Source: Octopus vulgaris
Taxonomy: Eukaryota
NCBI GenBank assembly: GCA_951406725.2
Contig: OX597814.1
Span: 56,482,001 to 56,546,000, forward strand
Length of the DNA stretch: 64,000 nt
Reading direction: 5' to 3'
The notes under the pieces were generated by a model that saw only the letters and a program-made list of their open reading frames with translations, was not told the DNA's origin and did not search any database. The first letter of the stretch is position 1; each line of letters opens with the position of its first letter. Below, in pieces: positions 1 to 11,047 of this stretch. A program made the position numbers and the translations under genes.

Positions 1-62
1 ACATACATACATACATACATACATACATACATACATACATACATACATACATACATACATAC
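1..62. repeat. (ACAT)n microsatellite
   Basis: Perfect tetranucleotide run at window start. Confidence 0.98.
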
Positions 63-517
63 ACATATAAGAAATAAGAACCCACAGTATTGTTGAAGCC
101 ATAGCCACTCATAATAAAAAAGAGTACTGGTATAATGCTCCAGTGAAAACCTCAATAAAATGTAAACACAGTAGACCTGATATAATGATTTGAGATAATG
201 AAGAGAAACTGTGTATAGTTGTGGAAATCAGTTGCCTGGCGGATGTTAGCATAAAGCTGAAGATCAGTGAAAAAGAGAACACCTTCGTTTAACTATTGAG
301 AAATCTGCAGTTACTCTATCCAGATTACAAGTTCAGGTATATACCTATAATTATTGGGGCACTGTGATATGTAAGACACTGCCTAAATAACAATCTTGAG
401 AAATTGGGATTCTCAAAACCAGAAAGGAGAAACCAGATAGGAGAAAGATTAGATTCAAACCATCACTGGAACTGTAAAAATCTGTAACATTTTCCAGAAG
501 TATATCATCAAAAATAA
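63..517 (+). mobile_element. 3' fragment of RLE-type (R4/Dong-like) non-LTR retrotransposon
   Basis: Manual translation from 161: CKHSRPDIMI*DNEEKLCIVVEISCLADVSIKLKISEKEN...YIPIIIGAL; RPD..E..K restriction-like endonuclease motif with stops. Confidence 0.8.
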
Positions 518-550
518 GACATACAAATCTGCAGGTATACATACATGCAT

Positions 551-593
<43 letters not shown>

Positions 594-1805
594 TAGCCTG
601 TTGATGTTGATATTCCAATGAAAGAGCCTTTGATCTAGGTTAGAAACCTGCTCTTTCTCTATTGGCAAGAAATTTTGAAATAGAACTGAATAATGACGTA
701 CATACTTACATGCATTTTTATAAGTACACAATATAAAAAAAATTCTTTCGAGTCAACGGTATCAGTCTCCATGGAAAGAACCTTTACATGGCCGTTTGCC
801 TTGCTAAAAAAAGTCAAACTTACCACATATTACACCATAGAAAGGTACATTAGATTGTATAGTCCTAGACACACTATATCTGAATATCAGATAAGATGAT
901 CAAGACTGGATTAATTTTAATTAATTTTTGTCTAGTTGCTGTCCATACTACTCCTTATAATTATCATCCTTCTGCTTTTTTGTTTAAAGGATCGCTGTCG
1001 CTTTTCATAATGTATTCCTTGTAAGATAGCAAGGTTTTCATTAATTATGTGTTCTTTCATTTTCGAACTTCTACATTTTTGTCTATTACTTCATATTTCT
1101 GTAGTTTTAGGGGGGTTGTTTTGTTTTTTCATATTTTTGTAGTGTTTGCCTTTCTATTTTTTTTTGTGTGTCTTTTCGTTAGATGATTTCATTAAGGACA
1201 GAGAAATTTTTTTAATTTCTATCATTCTGTGAGTATTTGTTTTCTACGTTGTTTGCATGGCTTGAGATTTAAAAATAAGTAATTTTGAGAAAATACACAC
1301 ATTTCTGTGGCCGTTGAATAGGTTATTTAGGTTGTTCTAGTGATATTTGTGTTCACATCTATTTTCACGGGGTCTATGACGGCCAAGTTAATGCTTTCCT
1401 AATTCCTATTTTATCATTAGATCGATCTCGTTTAGCCAGAAGACAGTCCTGGCAAAACAAACCCACAACAATTTGTAGCCCAATTATTGACAGAAGCATA
1501 AAAATTTTGAAGGCCGTATACCCTATTATGGTCGACTTTGCCTTTATCCATGTTTAATTCCTTATTCATTTCAGTGACTATAACTTAGTGCCTAACTATA
1601 TTGTCTGAACTCCAGTCAGCTGTCGGTGTTGTTGTTCAACTCCAAGTAAATCTTGATCCAACTGACCTATTATCAAAGGTGTTCCTGCCATGAACATGCG
1701 GGCGTTTTTAAGGGTACTTAACTCTTTATTTAATGTGTTCTTTCGCATTTTTAAGACTATGTTTTGGTTGTTATTTCTAGAGTAGAGTTGGCTTGCAATC
1801 TGTTT

Positions 1806-1882
1806 CATCATCATCATCATCATTATCATCATCATCATCATCATCATCATCGACATCGTCGTCATCGTTGTCATCGCCATCA
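1806..1882. repeat. (CAT)n microsatellite
   Basis: Trinucleotide run. Confidence 0.95.
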
Positions 1883-2065
1883 AGTGTACCGTAGCGATCA
1901 GGGTCTATAGGCATCTAACAAAGTTTCTTACAAATAAAATGTTTTGTCTGTTATTTCTAGAGTAAAGAGTCCCTTGTTAGCTTGAAGGCTATCTCATCAT
2001 CTCATTATTATGCAGTGTACTGTAGTGATCAAAGACCGTTGACATCTAACAGAGTTTCTGACAAA

Positions 2066-3203
2066 TATAGGTTGGCAGCTAAGTTACCGCTGTTTTTTTT
2101 TAATTTTGGAATTTATTGCGTTTTTAAATTTTGGAATCTATTTTTTTCGAGAATTCTGTTTTTGAATCATTTTGAAATCTATTAGTTTTTTTTCCTCGTT
2201 AATTTTAGATAATTTTTGTTTATTTTCAGATGATTAAAATGGAATGTCAAGTTTAAAAAAACCAGCATTTTTGATACCTCCTTCTTTTTGCTTGTCATAA
2301 AGTTTTTAAGGCCGCAAAAACTGCTCGCGACATTTGTGCTGTATATAGAGAGGGTACCATAACTGAAAGAACCGCTCGTGATTGGTATGCCAAGTTCAAA
2401 AATGAAAGTTTTGACCCCAAAGACGCACCTCGTTCTGGCCGTCCAGTTGAGTTCGATGAAGAGCGATTAAACCAACTTTTGCACGAAAATTCTCGTCAAA
2501 TGACAAGGGAACTGACAGAGAAAATGGAATGCTCCTACACTGCTATAGAAAAGCATCCTCACTCGATGGGAAAGTTTCAGAAGGATGGAGCATGGGTTTC
2601 GCATGCTTTAAGTGACAACACCAAAAATCAGCGAGCCACGATCTCCGCTGGTTTGCTTGCTCGTCACCGCTCAACTCATGGACGCAAGCAACGATTTCTT
2701 TACCGAATCGTTACTGTCGACGGAAAATGGTGCCTGTACATCAATATGAAGCAGCGTAAGGACTGGCTTAGACCCGGTAAACAAGTGACACTGCGCGTGA
2801 AACAAGATCTTCATCCGCGTAAAACGATGTTGTGCGTACGGTGGGACTGGGAAAGGATTATACATTACGAATTATTTGAAAGGAACCAAACGGTCAACGC
2901 GGAACTCTATGTTCAACAGATGGAACGACTCAACGCGGCTATTCAAGAGTAAAGACCTAATCCGCAGCATGGAATTATTCTGCTACACGACAACGCCCGC
3001 CCTCATATCGCCAAAATGACCAAGGAAGCAATTCAAACGCATGGCTGGGAAGTGCTGCAACACCCATCGTACTCTCCTGATTTGGCACAAACGGATTTCC
3101 ACCTCTTTCGATCTCTTTCAAATGCTATGCGCGGAGTTTCGTTCAATACTGATGCAGAATTGAGAGCTTGGTTGGATCAATTTTTCGAGTCGAAATCGGG
3201 TGA
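2066..3203 (+). mobile_element. Mariner (DD34D) transposon, 3'-truncated, defective transposase
   Basis: TA + TAGGTTGGCAGCTAAGT left TIR; MECQV..., WVSHAL (WVPHEL), IVTVDGKW, LLHDNARPH, HPSYSPDLAQTDFHLF; in-frame stops. Confidence 0.93.
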
Positions 3204-3325
3204 TTGGAGTGGAGCAAGGTGAAATTAAGTCCCATATCCAAGGATACAAACCACCGCCCGGTCCAGTAATCAAACCTACAATCATACGATAGTTGGCCCA
3301 ACATTCAAACCACAAGGTCACACAC
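3204..3325 (-). mobile_element. Degenerate tRNA-derived SINE (family S3) replacing the mariner 3' end
   Basis: Similar to 61030-61150 (ggagcaaggtgaaat...cgcccggtccag..atc.aaacc.acaatc.tacgat). Confidence 0.65.
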
Positions 3326-3766
3326 CTTCACATGAAATCCGGTGAGTCATAGGATATTTGGAAAGTTATGATGCAGAATGGGATGGGTGATAGCTATGAG
3401 TCTACTTCCAGAGGGCGACCGAAAAGAGAGTTGGAAAGTTTAGATTATAAATATGATTTTATTTACTGACTTCCCATTTTGAAAATATTGCATTTGTCAA
3501 AGATGCCTTATACTCCTCCCGGATAAGCATAGATCCACTTATCTGTGCAAACATGCTTTCCTATATCTACTTAAACAGTCAGTCATGTGTTTTCACAGAA
3601 ATACACCCATCCTATACCTCAAAAGTCCTTTTCCTGAATCATCATCATCATCATCATCAAAATCATCACCTCATATTCATCATCATGGTCGCATCGTTGT
3701 CATCGTCATGTCGTCGTCGTCGTAACCCTAATCATCAACAAACACTTCTTGTTCTTCTTATTCTAC

Positions 3767-3767
<1 letters not shown>

Positions 3768-3843
<76 letters not shown>
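3768..3843. repeat. (AAT)n microsatellite
   Basis: Perfect run. Confidence 0.98.
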
Positions 3844-3867
3844 TTGATGTTGTTGTCACTATATACA

Positions 3868-3962
3868 CACGAGATCAACTTTGACTTCCATCTATTCGGG
3901 GTCGATATAATCGACTGACCCTAACTCACTAAAATTGCTAACTTTGTGTCAAAATTTGAAAG
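3868..3962 (+). mobile_element. SINE family S1, partial
   Basis: gagatcaactttgacttccatc..ggggtcgat...aaattgct..ttgtgtcaaaatttgaaa shared with 26448, 34872, 39153. Confidence 0.7.
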
Positions 3963-3990
3963 AAGTGTCGTTATTATTATTATTATCATT

Positions 3991-4546
3991 GAGTAAGAGA
4001 GCAGTGCATGCCATCAAAGTGACACTGGCGTAAAATATACGAAGCCCAATATACCTATTATGACTACCTGTCTGATAAGGATACACTAAGCACATGCATC
4101 ACAACCATATGTGCACAGCATGGTGATCTCATATCAAGATAAACAGCACATGACCTTGCAGGTGGGGCCCAGTTAGAATTTTTTTCTGGTCGAGTAGTCC
4201 ATCCCGCACAAAAGGTCCCTGAATAAGGGTTGTTTAAGGATGTTGAACAAAACACCAATGTTTCCAGAGGTGAATTATTCAAACCCCAAAGAATCCCTCT
4301 CAACACATGGCTATGATGCTCCCCACTACTTTCGCTCGTGATCAGAGATGCACATATTGTCAGCCATTAAGGGACATGCTCAACTGGTTAAGGTCAAACA
4401 ACAGACAAGCAAATCTGTGATATTGAGAAGAATATTTGCTGTAGCCCATCTTTTATACCAAGACAAAACAATGTACATGATAATACTTCCAATCAGTTTA
4501 GATCAGCAGCCACGAGACCCACTGTCAGGTACTGCATCAGGGCATT
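3991..4546 (-). mobile_element. 556-bp non-coding interspersed repeat flanked by (TAA)n; putative non-autonomous element
   Basis: ATT repeats on both sides; partial copies at 27936-28099, 33884-33955, 39490-39540; no TE protein motif seen; strand inferred. Confidence 0.65.
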
Positions 4547-4548
4547 TA

Positions 4549-4645
<97 letters not shown>

Positions 4646-4678
4646 CATTATTATTATTATTATTATTAATATTATTAT
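4547..4678. repeat. (ATT)n microsatellite
   Basis: Near-perfect run. Confidence 0.97.
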
Positions 4679-7600
4679 TCGATAGTCTTATTTTTATCAC
4701 GTGCTTTCTCTGCACTACTGAGCGCAGCTCTGTGTACCTTGGGTATGTGCTGTGGTTTGTTGTGATGCTATGATGGTTACTGTATTGAAAGTGTTTTACG
4801 TAGGATGTGTGCGGTGCCTAGTAGTGCTATTTTCTGTATGTTATATATATACTTATAAATCCTTGTGTTTTTGTTATGTATTTTTCTGAATTTTTTTCTT
4901 ATCATATCTAATGCGCCTACTATGATAGGTTTTGTTTCTGTTTTTAAACTCCACATTCAAGTTACCTCTATTTCCAGATCTTTGTATATTGAAAGTTTCT
5001 CCGTTTCTTTTAGAGAAACATTGTCATCCGTTGGTATTGATACATCGATTAGGAAGCATTTTTTCTTGATGATCTCTGACAACTATATCCGGCCTGTTGG
5101 CCTTAATTTGTCTGTGTGTATTGGCATACCCCAGAGTATGAATGCTTCTTCATTTTCTGTGACTTTTTCTGGCTTGTGACTATACCATTTTTTTCTCTTG
5201 TTATTCCGTAGTGTATATAGGTCCCAACTCTGTCATATCTGTGAATATATTCCTTCTTGTTCAGGACTGGGCAGTCAGGGACAATATGATTGATTGTTTC
5301 TTCTCCATCTTCACATTTTCTGCAGTTACTTGTATTTCTTTTCATTACATGTTTTTGGTAGTTTCTGGTGGGAAGGTTTTGATCTTCTGCTGCAATTAAA
5401 AATCCTTCAGTCCCTGATTTGAGTCCTGAGCTTCTCAGCAATTGTTGGAATCTTTGTTTGTCTATTTCTTTTCTGTCTAATTTAACCCTGTATTTGCCAT
5501 GAAGAGGTTTTTCTTGCCATCATTTTATCATGATCCGTTGCTGTTCCACTTATAGTTTGGATTTCATGTGTTTTACAGGTTTTGTTGTTTCTTTTTTTCA
5601 TTCATAGTTGACAGGTGCTATGACTTCTTTTTGTATTTCTCAGCTTCCTTAAAGACTGAAAACAATATTTTGTTTTGCTCGTATTTTGTGGCTATTTGTA
5701 TTAGTTTTTCTTGCTTCTGTAGTCCTACGGTGGTTATTTTGTAATAGTCTTCTAGCTGTATAAGGCCCCCACTATCTTCCATACGTTGTATATACAATTT
5801 TTCTATGACAGATTTTAGATGGTGCATCCTAAATCCTATCATTAATTTTCTTGTTTTTTCTGTCAATTTTGATTATAGTTCATTTAGAGTCCAGTTATGA
5901 ATATTGTAGCTGTAACTTACAACTAGGACGGCTAGGGTGTTAATACCTGTTATCTTGTTTTTCGTATTGAGCTCTGTTTTCAGTATCAATCTGACATGTC
6001 TATAGTATTCTTTTCTTATCTTCTCTTTCATTTGTGTGTGTTGTATCGTATCTAGTTCATTGATTCCTAAGTATTTGTATGTCTGGCTTTGTTCTAATTT
6101 TCATATTTTATTTGCTTTATCTAGTGTGATGCTGCTACTCTTAACTAGATTTCCTCTTTTCAAGGTTGCTTTGGCACTTGTTCTAAGCCAAATTTCATGT
6201 CTGTACTAATATTTCCAGCTGTTTATCATTTGTAGCGTGCTGTATAAAAAGAGGCTGATTTTTTTTTGCCCTAACAGTTGTATCTACATCCAGTTCTGTT
6301 TAGCATGTCAGATAAAGGTATCACTTCCAAGCAAAGAAGGAGCGGAAGGAGCGTGTCTCCATGTAGTATTCCTCTTCTAATGGGGATGACTTTGTTTTTT
6401 ATAAGTCTCTCTTTTGTCTGGAGCTGTAGCACTGTTTGCCATTTATTCATGGAATGTTTTATATATTTTATGATTATTGATGCTACCTTGTTCATGGCTA
6501 GTGTTTCGAGGATCCATGTGTTGGGAAGACTATCAAAAGCCTTTCGGTAATCGATCCAGGCCTTACTTAGACCCTTCTTTCTACATCTATCTACAGTTAT
6601 GGCTTTATTGATCAGTAGTTCATCTTTACAACTGTATGAGCCCTTGTAGCATCCCTTCTGCTCTTCTGGAAACAGGTTGTTTTCTTCCAAATGTTGGTTC
6701 ATTCTCTGCGATATTATTGCAGTAAAGGCTTTGTAAATTATAGGGAAACAAGTTATCGGTCTGTAATTTTGTGGGTTTGCCGTTTCAGTGGATCTGGAAA
6801 TGAGGATAGTTTTTCCCTTCCGTGAGTCATTCAGGCATTGTCTCTGTCTCTGCTAGTATTTCATTAAATTTCTCAGTCACCTTTCTATGTGTCCCTGTTA
6901 GATATTTTAACCAGAATTTGGGGATCTTGTCATGCCAGGTGCCTTCCAGTTGCTTAGGTTTTGCAGTGCCTGAGTGACATCTTCAGTTGTTATAGGGGTC
7001 CATAGTTGTTCAGGTGCTGTGTTCGTTGTTTTGATAGATCTTTTCTCAGGTTGTCTCTTCGCTGACTACATTTCTTTCCAAAATTCTTCCACTTCTGCCG
7101 TTGATCTGCATCGAACACTATTTTACTTTTGCCAAGTTCTTGGTAGAATCTTTTGGGGTTGGAGTTGAACTGTTTGTTTTGTTCAAAGAAACGTTGGCGT
7201 TTCTCATACCGGCGGATTTTTTGTGCTTTGACGTGGATATCTTGCTTTAGCTGTCCCTTTACTTCAGGTATACCTTGTTCTGTAATTTTGTATTTATGTA
7301 GCATCTTTCTTCACTTCTTGTCGCTTAGTAGCGTTGATTGTCTATTAGTTTCATTAAGGATTGACAGATTATTTCTGTTATTTTTTTTCTGGATATTATT
7401 TATCCACAAGGTCTGTTTGGATGGGTTTTAGTGGGTATCCAGCTTCTTTTGTGGCCACAGAGGCTGCTGCATGTATTATATCATTTAGCCTGGTGATACT
7501 GACATTTGTTTCTGTGGTTATTAATTCTGTGACGGCCAAGTTCATGCCATTTATTATTGATATTGTTTTAGTATCAATTTTAATTTTTGGGACGTACAAT

Positions 7601-7982
7601 CGGTGGTCATTACTGATATCTGTGGCTTTCAGTTCTTTGATTATGCTCATTTTTAGAATATCATAATCATTAGGTTCACCTTCACTGATTCCAGGTTTTA
7701 GATTTGTTTCGTATTCCCACACTTCATATTTTTGTCTGTGGTGTTCTGGTTTGGTGCATTTTGTTCATCATTATACATTCCTACGGTGTGGGTTTGTTGT
7801 CTTTCGTTGTTTTCGTATTTTACAGTCCCAATGTTTATGATATTATTTGGCATTGCTGTGTGGTTACTATCTACGTTTTACTAATGTAATTTTCCTTTTA
7901 AGTGTTCTATTTCTGATATTTATTTTTGTTTTTGTTTTGTTTTGAGAATATATTTCCGTATGTTAGCTAGTGTATTAGCTAG
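4679..7982 (-). mobile_element. Dong/R4-like RLE retrotransposon family A, long degenerate copy
   Basis: RT motifs [11 protein letters not shown] and GILHGDTL; SSGLKSGTEGFLIAA; CCHC CRKCEDGEETINHIVPDC; RLE ANRPDIVV; 3' UTR runs into (TAA)n; many frameshifts. Confidence 0.92.
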
Positions 7983-8032
7983 TTATTATTATTATCATTA
8001 TTATTGTTGTTGTTGTTGTTGTTGTTGTTGTT

Positions 8033-9380
8033 ATATGAAAACACACAGTCTATTTTGCTGGGTATGATAGAAGGTGTCAGTTGTCCACAACCAGTAGACT
8101 AAGGTGACACTTGTTTACAGGTCATACTTCAAGAAACCTGCGAAGAATTCTTGCAGTTCCAAGCAATACTGATTTTTGTAGGTGTCCTACCCTCACACTT
8201 GCACCGATCTTTTTCAGTCATATTGGTAGTTGAGTGCTGATACTTTCAAGTGCGCCAATTACTATTGATATCACGTCTACTCTCTCCGTTGACCACAAAT
8301 CTTCGTATTTCCCACTTTAAATCGTCATTGTTTATTTTTTTCTTCTTTCACATTGAACCTGTTGTCACCGGTGTATGCTATGTCTATTATCATACATGAC
8401 TGCACTGGATTTGCAATTCTCATTTTCGGTGACTTCTAGAGTTTTCTCATGCAACGTCTTTGTTCTTTGTAGACCGTGATTTCCACAGAACTCCCTATAG
8501 ATCGTTCTTGCCACATTATCATGGCGTCTTTTGTATCTGCGTGGTGCGAATTTCGGGAATTCACTAATGATGTGCCACACCGTTTCACCGCTCTCACCAC
8601 ACATTCTGCATTTGTCGCTATCAGTAGTGTTGTCTATTCTACACTTCATATAATTAGTCCTTAACGCTTGTTCTTGAGCAGCGCATATAAGTGCTTCTGT
8701 CTCTATCTTCAGGTCACTCCTCCTCATCCATAGCCATCGGTCCTCTGTGTCTATTTTGGCGTTCACATCTCTTGCAAACTGACCATACACTTTCTTTTCC
8801 TTCCATGCTTTTTCTTTTTGTTTTTGTTAATTTCTTGTTTGAATTTTTCTTTAGTTACACAATTTTCAGTTTTGATGACGTCAACAGTGGTCCACGGGAT
8901 TTTTCATATACCACCCTAAGTTGTTTTCCTTCGCTTCGATACAGTCCTGGCAACTTATCAAACCTCTTCCACCCTTTCTTCTGGAAAAGTACAGCTTATC
9001 GGTAGGGTGGAAAGTTCCGTGTACTGTTTATATTTTTCTGGTCTTGGTATCCATTTTCTTCATTTCTCTCTTTTACCGTTTTATAATTCCTGCTCCATAT
9101 CGAAGTGATGCTATCACCCACATATTAAGTGCTTGGGTGTTATTCCATCCAGTCAATTTTGAGCGCAACACTAACCTCAGTCTTAGGAAACATTCCATCC
9201 TCAGTTGCTCTTTCATTTCCTTTTCCATTGCCTCGTTGAACTCTAGTACACCAAACTATCTGTATCGTTCCGTTTCAATTTTCTTAATCAAGTCTCTTTT
9301 CGGTAATTCTATCCCTGCTAGGAACTGTACCATGCCTCTTTTTAGGTAGATTATTCTGCACTTCTTGAGTCCAGATTCCA
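8033..9380 (-). mobile_element. Dong/R4-like family B, 5'-truncated
   Basis: DLKIETEALICAAQEQAL, CRMCGESGETVWHIISE, RRHDNVA; near copy of 47210-48690. Confidence 0.92.
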
Positions 9381-9647
<267 letters not shown>

Positions 9648-11047
9648 TTCAGTAGTTTTATTTTTATAGCGTGCTTTCACTTTACTACCGAGCGCAGCTC
9701 TGTGTGCCTTGGGTATGTGCTGTGATTTGTTGTGATGCTCTGATGGTTACTGTATTGAAAGTGTTCTGCGTAGGATGTGGGCAGTGCCTAGTAGTGCAAT
9801 TTTCTGTATGTTATATGTGTTTGTAAGTCCTGGTGTTTTTGTTATGCATTTGTCTGAATATTTTTTTATCTTGCCTAATGCCCCTACTATGATATGAATT
9901 GTTTCTGTTTTTAGATTCCACATTCTAGTTACCTCTATTTCCAGGTCTTTGTATTTTGAAAGTTTCTCCATTTCTTTTAGAGACACGTTGTCATCTGCTG
10001 GTATTGATACATCAATTAGAAAGCATTTTTTCCCTTCATGATCTCTGACAACTATATCTGGTCTGTTGGCCTTAATTTCTCTATCTGTGTGTATTGGCAT
10101 ATCCCAGAGTATGGTTGCTTTCTCGTTTTCTGTGACCTTTTCTGGTGTGTGCCTATACCATCTTTTTTCTGTTGTTATTCCATAATGTTGGCATAGCTTC
10201 CAGTGTATGTAGGTCCCAACTCAGTCGTGTCTGTGAATATATTCCTTCTTAGCCAGGACTGGGCAGCCAGGGATAATATGATTTATTGTTTCTTGTCCAT
10301 ATTCTGCAGTTACTTGTTATATTTCTTTTCATTACATGTTTTTGGCAATTTCTGGTGGGGAAGGCTTTGGTCTTGTGCTGCAATTAAAAATCCCCCTGTC
10401 TCTGCTTTGAGTCCTGAACTTCTCAACCACTGCTGGAAATTTTTCTTTGTCTATTTCTTTTGCATTTAGTTTCGTCCAGTACTTGTCTTGAAGGGACTTT
10501 TCTTGCCATCGTTTTATCATGGTCCGTTGCTGTTCTAGTTTTAGTTTTGATTTCATTTGCTTTATAGCTTTTGTTGCGTTTTCTTCTTCTTCTTCTTCTT
10601 CATATTTGTTAGGTGGTATGATTTCTTGTTTGTATTTGTCAGCTTTCTTAAATACTGAGAACAATTTTTTGTTTTGCTCGTGTTTTGCCGCTATTTGTAT
10701 CAGTTTTCCTTGCTTCTGAAGCAGGTATTTTTGCAGTCCTATGGTGGTTATTTTATAATAGTTTTCCAGCTTTATAAGGCCTCTACCACCTTCTATACGT
10801 TGTATATATAGCCTTTATATGTCAGATTTTGGGTGATGCATCCTAGATCCTGTCATTATTTTTCTTGTTTTCCTATCTATTTTGGTTAGTTCATTTAGCG
10901 TCCAGTTAAGGATATTGTAGCTGTAGCTTATAACTGGGACGGCTAAAGTGTTAATACCTATTATCTTGTTTTTAGCATTGAGCTCTGTTTTTTAGTATTG
11001 ATCTAACTCGTCTATAGTATTCTTTCTTTATTTTCTCTTCTCTTTAT
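9648..11047 (-). mobile_element. Dong/R4-like family A, second copy (3' part)
   Basis: ORF 9747-10100 ANRPDIVVRD..FLIDVSIP..KLSKYKDL..IVGALG..ALLGTAHILR; 3' UTR matches 4679-4780. Confidence 0.93.

Noticed and set aside
612-666. Hammerhead-like TGAAAGA-GCCT..AGGT-TAGAAA with CCAAT/ATTGG
   Set aside because: Core has several deviations and stem III is absent
4485-4546. Short U2 snRNA-like words (ATCAGTTTA, GCAGTACC)
   Set aside because: They lie on opposite strands and are too short
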